36,604 nucleotides of DNA from Patescibacteria group bacterium (GCA_042568575.1 JBHPIO010000012.1:1-36604), one strand, 5' to 3'. Numbered from the stretch's first letter, positions 18,980-27,871 are shown. Numbers and translations: made by a program. Notes: generated from the sequence alone by a model not told the origin.

Positions 18980-19131
18980 TATTTAGTTTTTAGCAGGCAA
19001 TTATTTGTATTCGAATAAATCGGGCAAAATCCAAGACATTCAGGTTTTAGGGCTTTGATCCGGCTTATCGGGTTCAAATGTCCTGCCTGCTATACCAACC
19101 CAACAATGGGAGAAAGCGCAGAGAACAAACA

Positions 19132-20316
19132 ATGCACGAAGACACACTTTTTGCAAAGACCCCTTGGGTCAAGAGAACGGGTGAGTTGGTAGATCATCGG
19201 TTGTTCAGCGATGAATGGCTCAACGGCGAAGCGCCGGGGGTCAACTACGAGCTGAAACCGGTGGTGAATCCGAAGACCGGCGAGGAAATGCCGGACTGCT
19301 ACTACGCCGTGGTGACGCTCAACAACCCTCGGCAGTTCAACAGCTACACGACCGCGATGGTCAAGGGCGTGATCTCGGCGATCACCAACGCGAGTTTGGA
19401 TCGACGGGTGAAGGCCGTGGTGTTTACCGGCACCGGTGACATGGCATTTTGTACCGGCGGTAATACCGAGGAGTACTCTTCTTTCTACGCCCTCAGGCCC
19501 GAGGAGTACATGACCTACATGCAACTCTTCATCATGATGGTGGACTCCATCCTGAACTGCTACAAGCCAGTCATTTGCCGGATCAACGGTATGCGCGTGG
19601 CTGGCGGTCAGGAGATTGGCATGGCGTGCGATTGGTCGTACGCCAGCGACTTGGCCATCATCGGTCAGGCCGGTCCCCGTCACGGTTCTGCAGCAGTGGG
19701 AGGTTCGAGTGACTTCCTCCCGCACATGCTGTCCGCGGAGCTCGCCATGGAAAGCTGCCTCGCTTGCGAGATGTGGAGCGCCTACAAGATGCGTCATCTC
19801 GGACTCATCATGGATGCTTTTCCGGTCTTGCGACGAGGCGATGAATGGATTGTCAACCCGACGGTTATCACCGAGGAGTATGTTCGGGCGGGCAAGGTCG
19901 TACTCGGTGAGCCCAAGACCGGCGATGAGCTGAAGGCTGGCTACGCGCTGATCAAGCAAGCTCGCAACCCCGACGACGACGAGATCGTGATCGACTTCGC
20001 GAGGCTGGACGCTGCGGTAGTTGCCAAGGTCTGGCAACTGACCCATCTGTTCCCGGGCTGTGAGCGGCAGACCTTTATGCAGATCCGTTCGCAGAAAGCT
20101 GCTACGTGGAATCAGCTCAAGCATCTCCACGCGATGTGGCTCGGTCCCAATCAGATGTTCGAAGGCGCTGCCGGTTTCGCGGCCTTTGCCAATCGCAAGG
20201 CCACCGGCAGGGTTGACCAGATCGACTGGGCAGCCCTACATGGTGCCATTTCGCGCGGCGAGATGGTCGATGCAGAGCTGTTCGCGAAGATCCTTCCGCA
20301 TCCGCCCAAGGAGTAG
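19132..20316 (+). CDS. oah: 6-oxocyclohex-1-ene-1-carbonyl-CoA hydrolase (ring-opening, crotonase fold; Oah/BamA/BzdY)
   Basis: Family-specific motifs NNPRQFNSYTTAMVKGV, AFCTGGNTEEY, KPVICRINGMRVAGGQEIG, GQAGPRHGS and CEMWSAYK. Likely start is ATG 19132 (MHEDT..). Confidence 0.93.
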   Translation: MHEDTLFAKTPWVKRTGELVDHRLFSDEWLNGEAPGVNYELKPVVNPKTGEEMPDCYYAVVTLNNPRQFNSYTTAMVKGVISAITNASLDRRVKAVVFTGTGDMAFCTGGNTEEYSSFYALRPEEYMTYMQLFIMMVDSILNCYKPVICRINGMRVAGGQEIGMACDWSYASDLAIIGQAGPRHGSAAVGGSSDFLPHMLSAELAMESCLACEMWSAYKMRHLGLIMDAFPVLRRGDEWIVNPTVITEEYVRAGKVVLGEPKTGDELKAGYALIKQARNPDDDEIVIDFARLDAAVVAKVWQLTHLFPGCERQTFMQIRSQKAATWNQLKHLHAMWLGPNQMFEGAAGFAAFANRKATGRVDQIDWAALHGAISRGEMVDAELFAKILPHPPKE

Positions 20317-20363
20317 TTCAGACAACACCAACCACACAAGTGTGGAGGAAGCGAGACAAACCT

Positions 20364-21470
20364 ATGTCGTTACCCGACGTAATCAACTGTTGGCTTCTAA
20401 CCAAGCCAGGCAACCCTCGAGACGGTACCCCTCCGGAGTTCGAACGCGGAACCCTCCCCATGCCGGAGATCGAAGAAGGCTGGGGCGTGGTTCAGGTGGC
20501 CGGTTGTGGCGTGTGCCACACCGACATCAGCTTTGCCTACATGGGAGTGCCAACGGTCAACGGTCCGCCCAAAGGTTCTCCTCTCGTCCTCGGACATGAG
20601 GTCAGCGGCACGATGGTCGCTGGACCTGAAGACCTGATCGGCAAACAAGTGATCGTGCCCGCGGTTATTCCGTGCCACGACTGTGTGGCCTGCAACAGAG
20701 GACGCGAAAACCTCTGCGTGAATATGCAGATGCCCGGCAACAGTATGGGTCAGTACGGCGGCTTCGCCGACTACATGCCGGTCCCGGTGCACGACCTCTG
20801 TGTGATTGATGATTGCAACGGCATCCCCCTGGAGCATCTGGCTGTTGTGGCTGACGCTGTGACCACCCCTTATCAGGCGGCCATACAGGCCGATGTCATG
20901 CCCGGCGATGGCGTAATCGTGACGGGTCATGCCGGCGGTATCGGCAAACACATGGTGCAAATCTGCAAAGCCCTCGGCGCCAATCACGTCATCGGTTTCG
21001 ATCCGAGTGAGCGTCGAGATGAGATGAAGGAGTTCGGCCTTTCCCATGCCATCGACTCGACCATGGAGGGCGGTTTCAAAGCGGTCAAGGGTGCTTTCAA
21101 GGCCTACTGCAAGGAGCACGGCCTCAATCCCTATTGGGGATGGAAGATCTTCGAGTGCAGCGGTACCGCCGCCGGCCAGAGCCTGGCCTTTGGTTTGCTT
21201 CCGAAGGGTGGCACTCTCATGATCGTGGGTTTCACCCCCGACAAGGTTGAGGTTCGCCTCTCGAACCTGATGGTCTTCGGGGCAAAGGTCGAAGGTGTCT
21301 GGGGCTGCAACCCCGTGCACTATCCCAAGGCGCTTAAGCGAGTGCTGGACGGTTACGTCAAGATCAGCCCCCTCGTTCAAACCCACCCGGTAAGCCAGTT
21401 CCTCGAAGCGCTCGAGGAGGCACACGAAAGCCCTCCCTGGCAGCGCATCGTGCTCACCCCGGACTGGTAG
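20364..21470 (+). CDS. had: 6-hydroxycyclohex-1-ene-1-carbonyl-CoA dehydrogenase (Zn-dependent MDR; Had/BamQ/BzdX)
   Basis: AGCGVCHTD, GHE, structural Zn CHDCVAC..C, MPGN, VVADAVTTPYQA, WKIFECSG, RLSNLM, WGC, and adjacency to oah. Likely start is ATG 20364, with GGAGG at 20344-20348. Confidence 0.92.
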   Translation: MSLPDVINCWLLTKPGNPRDGTPPEFERGTLPMPEIEEGWGVVQVAGCGVCHTDISFAYMGVPTVNGPPKGSPLVLGHEVSGTMVAGPEDLIGKQVIVPAVIPCHDCVACNRGRENLCVNMQMPGNSMGQYGGFADYMPVPVHDLCVIDDCNGIPLEHLAVVADAVTTPYQAAIQADVMPGDGVIVTGHAGGIGKHMVQICKALGANHVIGFDPSERRDEMKEFGLSHAIDSTMEGGFKAVKGAFKAYCKEHGLNPYWGWKIFECSGTAAGQSLAFGLLPKGGTLMIVGFTPDKVEVRLSNLMVFGAKVEGVWGCNPVHYPKALKRVLDGYVKISPLVQTHPVSQFLEALEEAHESPPWQRIVLTPDW

Positions 21471-21520
21471 CACCCCACTACAACTGAATAAAGGGGGAAA
21501 CTAAGGCAGGACAATATTAT

Positions 21521-21555
21521 ACGGGGTAGATGACATCGTTCGTCTCCCCGTTTTT
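21521..21555 (+). terminator. Rho-independent terminator after had
   Basis: ACGGGG-TAGATGA...TCGTCT-CCCCG hairpin followed by TTTTT. Confidence 0.7.
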
Positions 21556-22914
21556 CTAACTAGGCCTCCCAATATAAACAACTGGATTTCTTCTAAGTCT
21601 TGTTCTGTGAACCTTTTGACCTCGTTTTCGTCCTTTCCAACTAATAACTTGTGCGATGCCTCGTTTTTTATCGAGCCATCTCTCAAAAATCATATCGTGA
21701 TTTCCACCCCAATAATTATTCCATCCGTTTCCGTGGATTCGGTCTCCTCTTTGAAGTGTTGTAGCTAATTTGTAAAAAGGGTAATGAACATTTCCACATC
21801 TGCTTCGTTGTGGATCGCCTTTTGGTCTGCGAACCTTTCTGCCGTTTACATATGTATATGCATAGCTGTAGTCGCGATAAACTGTTGCTCTTCTTTTCAC
21901 ACCAGCTAATTTATAAACTCGATTTCCCCAGTCCGTACAATGTCTGGCGTAAATATGGTTCGTTGTGATGTGTCTTGCAACTTGAATAATCCTGTCTTGT
22001 AATGACAATCCTTCTATAGTTTCAAGAAACGTTCGTAGTCTTTCAGGATCCGTAGCAGATCTGATAATAGATTCAACTTTCATACTCACTTTAAAAGGAT
22101 AACTTCTAAGTCGTCTTCGTTTGTGAACTCTCTTTTTTGGCTTTTTGTAAGGCCTTGATGGACTTGATGATAACCCTGGAGTAGCAACTCCAGCCCGTCC
22201 TACAGAAGGCAAAGATGCCATCCTTGGAGATACCCGAGGTTCTGATTCTTCTTGTTTTTTATAAAACTTATATTCCTTTTCTATGTCAGCTTTATCTTTC
22301 TGAAGCAAATAAACACGAGTAGGCGGCTTTGTTGTGAAAGTCGCAATGTATTGTCCGTAAATAGTGTAATATCCGATTTTTTCTCCGTGAACTCCGTCAA
22401 CCACTGGCACTTTTCTTATTCCAACAACCCTTCGCCCATCCGGATAAACCACGAGTACTTTTTTCCATTCAGGAGAAATAATGTGTCCAAGTCCAATTCC
22501 AAATTCCCAATCGTTTCTCATTTTATGTCGTCCGATACCTCTGTAATCCACTGTTCGATACTTGTAATATTTCTGACCTTCATGTTCCAAAGCTTTTGAG
22601 TCTCGCATTTTTCGTGAGAACATAGCAGCCATTGCTTTGTAACTCTGGAAGGCTTTTAACTTCTTACCTTTCCTTTTACGATAAAGACGCTTTGCTCCGC
22701 CACTTTGAATGTCGTGAAGCGTAGCTTTGTCAGCATCTTTCAAATGACTCTCAATAATCTTTTCAGATAGCTGTTTAAGCTCAACCTGCTTGCCAAGAGT
22801 ATTTCTAAGCTTACTTGCTGTCTTTTTAACAGAAGCACGTTTTACAGGGGCAAGCTTTAGATTTTTAAGGACTTCTTTTTTTCGTCCTGGTTTTTCCTTA
22901 TGTTTAAGTGACAT
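21556..22914 (-). CDS. Highly basic hypothetical protein with probable C-terminal NlpC/P60-like (Cys-His) domain
   Basis: K/R-rich. The C-terminal HCTDWGNRVYKLAG ... LQRGDRI ... NHDMIF pattern resembles the papain-like NlpC/P60 layout. Extended -10 TGGTATAAT upstream. Confidence 0.6.
   Translation of the reverse strand: MSLKHKEKPGRKKEVLKNLKLAPVKRASVKKTASKLRNTLGKQVELKQLSEKIIESHLKDADKATLHDIQSGGAKRLYRKRKGKKLKAFQSYKAMAAMFSRKMRDSKALEHEGQKYYKYRTVDYRGIGRHKMRNDWEFGIGLGHIISPEWKKVLVVYPDGRRVVGIRKVPVVDGVHGEKIGYYTIYGQYIATFTTKPPTRVYLLQKDKADIEKEYKFYKKQEESEPRVSPRMASLPSVGRAGVATPGLSSSPSRPYKKPKKRVHKRRRLRSYPFKVSMKVESIIRSATDPERLRTFLETIEGLSLQDRIIQVARHITTNHIYARHCTDWGNRVYKLAGVKRRATVYRDYSYAYTYVNGRKVRRPKGDPQRSRCGNVHYPFYKLATTLQRGDRIHGNGWNNYWGGNHDMIFERWLDKKRGIAQVISWKGRKRGQKVHRTRLRRNPVVYIGRPS
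21564..21593 (+). repeat. Right direct repeat of the oah-had cassette (lies in the last codons of 21556..22914)
   Basis: GCCTCCCAATATAAACAACTGGATTTCTTC, 26/30 identical to 18891-18920. Confidence 0.8.
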
Positions 22915-23014
22915 GTTTTTGTATTAGTTTTCTCTACATTATACCATAAAACACTATTTGTTTCACATAAAAAAACTAACGTGATAAGATTCACTGAGAT
23001 ATAAAATCTCTCTT

Positions 23015-24304
23015 ATGAACTCACCAACTTTAAAACGCGATCTAGGATTATTTCACGCCACTGCAGTAGGAGTTGGTATTATTTTAGGTGCGGGAATTTA
23101 TGTTCTTTTAGGAGCAGCTGCAGGGATTGCCGGTAATTCTGTGTGGGTTTCTTTCTTTCTTGCGGCTCTTGTCGCGCTTTTGACCGGTCTTAGTTATGCA
23201 GAATTATCTTCTATTTATCCAACAGATGCAGCCGAGTACGACTACACAGAGAAAGCTTTTAAAAAGAAGGGACTTGCATTTTTTGTTGCTTATCAGGTGA
23301 TTTTGTCAGCAATAATTTCATCTGCAACTGTTGCAATGGGATTTGCAGGCTATTTTAGTGCTCTCTTTGGAATGAATCACATGATTATTATTTCGATTCT
23401 CGTGATTGTTGTCTTTTCAATAATAAATTTTAGAAGTATTAAGGGGTCAGCTTTAACAAATGTTGTTTGCGCAGCATTAGAAGTTATTGGTCTTTTTGTG
23501 ATTATTTTCCTTGCGATCCCACATATTGGATCTGTTTCTTACACAGAAATGCCACAAGGATTCGATGGAGTTTTAAAGGCTTCGGCATTGGTGTTTTTTG
23601 CATTTCTAGGGTTCGAATCAATCGTAAAACTATCCGAAGAAGTAAAGGATCCAACTAAAAACATTCCACGAGCACTTCTCCTATCACTCCTAATAACAAC
23701 AGTGCTATATATCCTCGTTGCAATCGCAGCCGTAAGCATTCTCGACTGGGAAGCGCTTGGTGCTTCAAAGGCACCACTGGCCGATGTAGCCGCAACTGTT
23801 CTTGGAAACAATGCATTTATTGTGCTCTCAGTAATCGCTCTTTTCTCAACTGCAAATACAGTCTTAATTAGTTTAATTGCAGGCTCCCGCGCACTCTATG
23901 GAATCGGATCTGGATATCGTTTATTAAAACCTTTTACAAAAGTTCATCCAAAAACAAGAACACCTCATTATGCAATTTTTGCAGTAATGATTTTCGCTAT
24001 TCTTTTCTCACTAATAGAAGATATCGGATTTATTGCAGAACTCACAAACTTCACTCTTTTTGTCACATTCGCGATCATCAACCTCGCTGTTATCGTTCTG
24101 CGATACAACGCTCCAAATGAAAAAAGGCCATTCAAAATACCTTTGAATATAGGCAAATTCCCAATTCTTGCCTTACTTGGAATTCTGTCGTGTCTATTCT
24201 TCATCACTCAACTAACAACCACCATAATCCTAGGAGGAGTGGCGCTTTCTGTGGTTGGTTTCGTTATATATGGTGTCTTGAGGTTGGGGGAAAAGCGTGA
24301 TTAA
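23015..24304 (+). CDS. APC-family amino acid permease
   Basis: LKRDLGLF..GIILGAGIY, YAELSS, FFAFLGFE..SEEVKDPTKNIPRA, RTPHYA, RPFKIP; about 12 TM segments. Confidence 0.93.
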   Translation: MNSPTLKRDLGLFHATAVGVGIILGAGIYVLLGAAAGIAGNSVWVSFFLAALVALLTGLSYAELSSIYPTDAAEYDYTEKAFKKKGLAFFVAYQVILSAIISSATVAMGFAGYFSALFGMNHMIIISILVIVVFSIINFRSIKGSALTNVVCAALEVIGLFVIIFLAIPHIGSVSYTEMPQGFDGVLKASALVFFAFLGFESIVKLSEEVKDPTKNIPRALLLSLLITTVLYILVAIAAVSILDWEALGASKAPLADVAATVLGNNAFIVLSVIALFSTANTVLISLIAGSRALYGIGSGYRLLKPFTKVHPKTRTPHYAIFAVMIFAILFSLIEDIGFIAELTNFTLFVTFAIINLAVIVLRYNAPNEKRPFKIPLNIGKFPILALLGILSCLFFITQLTTTIILGGVALSVVGFVIYGVLRLGEKRD

Positions 24305-26478
24305 GAAACACTTCCTTTGGTGAATATCAGTTGTTCGTTAATAGCAAGTTGAGCTGTGATTGCTTTATGTAACTTGTCGTAGAATTTTCTTATCTTTTTA
24401 TACTTAAAAGGTCTGCCCCATGTGCCAGGATTTTTCCATTTTCCATATATTTCTTCTCTTATACGCTTTAGTTGATTAAAAATGCTGTGACACATCATTT
24501 GAAATTCCGTATCGTCCATCGCCGGTACGTCTATCATATGTATACTAGCCCCGAAGTTAGTGTGAATAAGACTTAAATGCTTTGAAACCTCAAGTAATTG
24601 CTTAAAGCGTCCTGCCAGTTCCTCAGGTGCGTCATCAAGATCCGATTCATCCAACTCTCCATAAGGTGATAGAAACGCGCTAGGGGTAACATCTTTTGCT
24701 TTTGGCTTTTTAATTCCTACTGCCTCACAAAGACTAGATGTTTGAGGGAATGAGGGATCTGCATGTAAGTTTTCCATTAAAGTTTCTACCATTGCACTCA
24801 TTAAAGTTCTTTTACCTCCTTCAGATTTAGCTTGGCGTAAAAATTTGTATAATTCATTTAATCCGTGTCGTCTGCCATCATTAGAGTCAAATTGATGCGT
24901 GAATAATGCTCTAACCGCATCTGCTGTTTGAGGGAGTCCTTGTTCAAGTGTTGGGGCAAGAGTCATGTCTTCAACTATAGTTGGTGTTGTGCCTATATTC
25001 TGTGGCTGCGCCGTTCCCGATGCCAAAGCTTCTATTGACGAAGCTGGTGGTCGTAATGCTTTAGCTTCGTCTACTGCTGGGGGTTGAACCGGTGCAGCTG
25101 TTACATTTGCTGCAGGTGGTGGAGCGAGTGCTTGAACTCCAAATGCCATTGTTTGCGTTACACTTTCTGTCCTTGCAGGTTGAACTGGTGGAGTAGCAAC
25201 AGGAGGTGAAGATGGAGGTTTAACTGGCACAGGTGCAGGTTCGGGCTTAGGAGTATTTAGTGCTTGAACTCCAAATGCTATTGTTTGCGTTACACTTTCC
25301 GGCTTCACAGGAGGGGCAGGAGCAGATGGAGGTTGAACTGGTGCAGGTGTTGTCGCTTGTGGAACTGGTTTCTTAGGCAACCTAGAAGGAGGATTATATG
25401 CAGCAACTCCCATAGCTGTCTTTTTTTCTGAAGGTGGCCTAGGTGCTGGAGCACTTGGTTTTTTAGCAGGAGCAGGAGTAACAGGCGCAGGTTTCGATTC
25501 AACAACAGCCGCTGCTTTTCCTGATGTTACAACTTGTTGTACTCCGGTTTCAGCTTCTTCTACTTCACGTTTCTTCAAAGCATCTGTAAATGAAAAAATT
25601 CCTCTTTCTTTGCATTGGGCGAAATCTTCAAGATAAATTAGAACCTCTTCCCATCTTTTAAACAATTCTTCTGGAACAGGTGCTTTTATTCGTCCACCAT
25701 TCCTGCCGAGTAACGCTTTCAACCATAGGCCTTCAATATGCGGATGTGATCCTCTTATTTCTCTTAATTGAGAGCTGAATTGATGCGTTGTTGGAAGATA
25801 CCTTGAAGACATAAATCTAAAAAACGCAGCAATTTCTTTTGCATGCTCATGAGAGCTTTCACCAAAAACTTTTGATGATAAGTGGGTAAAAAACTCTTTC
25901 ATGATTTCGAAATAAACTTCAATATTATCTTCTTCTGCAAGTGCAAGTATTTCAGCATCACTAGCAAGTCGACGAGTTGTGTCTGCTCTTCTATTCTTTC
26001 TATGTTCACTAATTATGAGTAGAAATATTTGCTGCAAGCGTACGTTGCTTTTTAATTGTGGATTATTAATAATGATATTTACTAGATGTGGTCTTCTTCG
26101 TGTTACTTGAGCAAAATTTTCTGCTTGCATCCATGTCCTTATTTGATTTCGCATCCCTCCTTGATCTCTTTCTGCTACAACTGGTAGAGATGGGCATTCG
26201 CAGCTATATGGAGAATAACTATTTGCCTCGTTTTTATACATATCCATATCTCCATAAAGAATTGTTTCAAAAAGTTGCCATGCCATATCTTGTGCATCTT
26301 GATTTTCTCCATCGGGATTAACTTGTTTTGCTAATTTTTCCCAAAGTGCTTTAATTTGCCCTTTAAGAGCATCATCAAGACTTGACGCTTTGTGGAGCGT
26401 TTCTGTTAACTCATGCAGGACAGTATTTATTCGTCCTTCTAATGAGTAATCGACTTGTCTTAGTTTATCTAGTGCCAT
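24301..26478 (-). CDS. Hypothetical protein: helical N- and C-terminal domains joined by a Pro-rich linker
   Basis: 725-aa ORF with a central P/A/T-rich region carrying the duplicated motif ESVTQT(I/M)AFGVQAL. Confidence 0.75.
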   Translation of the reverse strand: MALDKLRQVDYSLEGRINTVLHELTETLHKASSLDDALKGQIKALWEKLAKQVNPDGENQDAQDMAWQLFETILYGDMDMYKNEANSYSPYSCECPSLPVVAERDQGGMRNQIRTWMQAENFAQVTRRRPHLVNIIINNPQLKSNVRLQQIFLLIISEHRKNRRADTTRRLASDAEILALAEEDNIEVYFEIMKEFFTHLSSKVFGESSHEHAKEIAAFFRFMSSRYLPTTHQFSSQLREIRGSHPHIEGLWLKALLGRNGGRIKAPVPEELFKRWEEVLIYLEDFAQCKERGIFSFTDALKKREVEEAETGVQQVVTSGKAAAVVESKPAPVTPAPAKKPSAPAPRPPSEKKTAMGVAAYNPPSRLPKKPVPQATTPAPVQPPSAPAPPVKPESVTQTIAFGVQALNTPKPEPAPVPVKPPSSPPVATPPVQPARTESVTQTMAFGVQALAPPPAANVTAAPVQPPAVDEAKALRPPASSIEALASGTAQPQNIGTTPTIVEDMTLAPTLEQGLPQTADAVRALFTHQFDSNDGRRHGLNELYKFLRQAKSEGGKRTLMSAMVETLMENLHADPSFPQTSSLCEAVGIKKPKAKDVTPSAFLSPYGELDESDLDDAPEELAGRFKQLLEVSKHLSLIHTNFGASIHMIDVPAMDDTEFQMMCHSIFNQLKRIREEIYGKWKNPGTWGRPFKYKKIRKFYDKLHKAITAQLAINEQLIFTKGSVS
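25127..25299. repeat. Intragenic 41-bp direct repeat, 132-nt period
   Basis: AGTGCTTGAACTCCAAATGC(C/T)ATTGTTTGCGTTACACTTTC at 25127-25167 and 25259-25299, 1 mismatch. Confidence 0.85.
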
Positions 26479-26481
26479 ATA

Positions 26482-27849
26482 TTATTTTAAATTTTCTTTA
26501 GGCGGAATTGTACGACAGTTTAAGCCTCCTGTCAAGTGGGCGTATCGACCTTGTAAATGATAGGTCATGGCTTCATTCAACTCTTCGGGTAAATGATCCG
26601 GTTTTCCTGTAGGACGTTCTGGTTTATCTCCAAAAGCAATTCTCGCATAATGTACAAGTTGAGGCATAAAAATTTCATCCCAAGGATTAAGTAAATGCGC
26701 AAAATATTCATCAACTTCTTCTGCTAGATCTTCCGAGGTATGTGTTTTAACACGCGCATATATAGCCTCTCCTTCTTCTCTGATTTTAGTACCATCATCG
26801 CTCATTTTTTCTTTCATATTTCTGCAAAATAAAACAAAATCTCCCCAAATATCTGTGTTTCTAGTTTGTTCCCGGATACTAAATCTTACTTCTATTTCAG
26901 ATACAGCAACCATCAGTGATTGCAATAGTTTGCTTTGTAATTCTCTTAATCTGTCATGAAGTCTGGTGATATTTCCCATTTCAGCATTAATTACTTCAGT
27001 TGCACTTTCCGGGATTTCTAAAAGCTCAAAATTTATCATTGTTTTTGAAGGCGGTTCTGGTATAGGTGTTTTCTCTTCTACCTTAGGTGGATCTTCTTTT
27101 GAGATACCCAATTTTACAAAAAAAGCTCTTGCAACTCTTCTAATACTTCCAATTGATTCAACCTTATCTTCTTCAATGCTTTCCTCAGGAGCTACTTCTG
27201 CATCTGGTTGTTCTTGAAGATCATTAAAACTTCTTTTAAGTTCATCTGGCAATTCTAATCCAAAACTCAGTGTATGAAATAGGGCGTTAATAATTTTGTT
27301 AATGTACTCTAATGATTCCAGATCAAACTGCTTCAATCCATTAAACTTCATATGCATTGAATATAGTTGCATTGCTAATGTGCGTCTAAGATATGGGGAG
27401 TGCGTATGGGGTCCTAAATCACTGAGGATTTCCAGAAAAATTTCGTCGCAGTTTTGATGATCAATTTTCAGTTTTTCATTTCCAAAATGACGAATGAATG
27501 AATTAGCAATCCCAGCAATCGCACTTCTTGATTCTTCTACTGTACGAACTTTCTTCCTATCCCCTGAGATCATTCTTGCTTCTTTTAAAAACCCGACACC
27601 AGTCATAGGCATTTCAACTCCTGGTTGGGTCACTTGCCCTGTTTGTTCAAATATTTCACTAGCTATAAAATCAACTCCGGGTCTCCCAGGAACATCTGTA
27701 TGGATTGTCCCGTCACCAAATAAATCAAGTCCATCAATAGCACCTGGTTCTACTTTTGGGAAAAACCCACTGTCGGGATCACTCGATTTTATTGGAACAT
27801 CTGTTCCAGGAAGTGTAGTGATTAATTTTCTCTCAGCTCTATCTGACAT
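26482..27849 (-). CDS. Hypothetical helical protein, probably co-transcribed with 24301..26478
   Basis: 455-aa ORF, 3 nt from the next gene; no recognised domain. Confidence 0.75.
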   Translation of the reverse strand: MSDRAERKLITTLPGTDVPIKSSDPDSGFFPKVEPGAIDGLDLFGDGTIHTDVPGRPGVDFIASEIFEQTGQVTQPGVEMPMTGVGFLKEARMISGDRKKVRTVEESRSAIAGIANSFIRHFGNEKLKIDHQNCDEIFLEILSDLGPHTHSPYLRRTLAMQLYSMHMKFNGLKQFDLESLEYINKIINALFHTLSFGLELPDELKRSFNDLQEQPDAEVAPEESIEEDKVESIGSIRRVARAFFVKLGISKEDPPKVEEKTPIPEPPSKTMINFELLEIPESATEVINAEMGNITRLHDRLRELQSKLLQSLMVAVSEIEVRFSIREQTRNTDIWGDFVLFCRNMKEKMSDDGTKIREEGEAIYARVKTHTSEDLAEEVDEYFAHLLNPWDEIFMPQLVHYARIAFGDKPERPTGKPDHLPEELNEAMTYHLQGRYAHLTGGLNCRTIPPKENLK

Positions 27850-27871
27850 TTTATGTTATTACGAAGGTGTT

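Larger units (their letters stand above)
18891..21593 (+). mobile_element. GC-rich integrated two-gene cassette (oah-had) bounded by 30-bp imperfect direct repeats; no integrase inside
   Basis: The coding part is about 60% GC (37/60 in the line at 19261), against 14/60 and 26/60 in host lines at 361 and 4201. Direct repeats at 18891-18920 and 21564-21593. Confidence 0.7.

Noticed and set aside
19090-21473. Long antisense ORFs 19090..20130 and 20397..21473 and other overlapping frames in the GC-rich island
   Set aside because: Shadow ORFs caused by high GC3 in oah/had; no motifs, and fully overlapped by well-supported genes.
18760-21560. Island integration into tRNA-Gln with a duplicated tRNA 3' end
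   Set aside because: No convincing copy of the tRNA 3' end at the right boundary (CACCCCACT at 21471 is too weak); the real repeat involves the neighbouring CDS tail.
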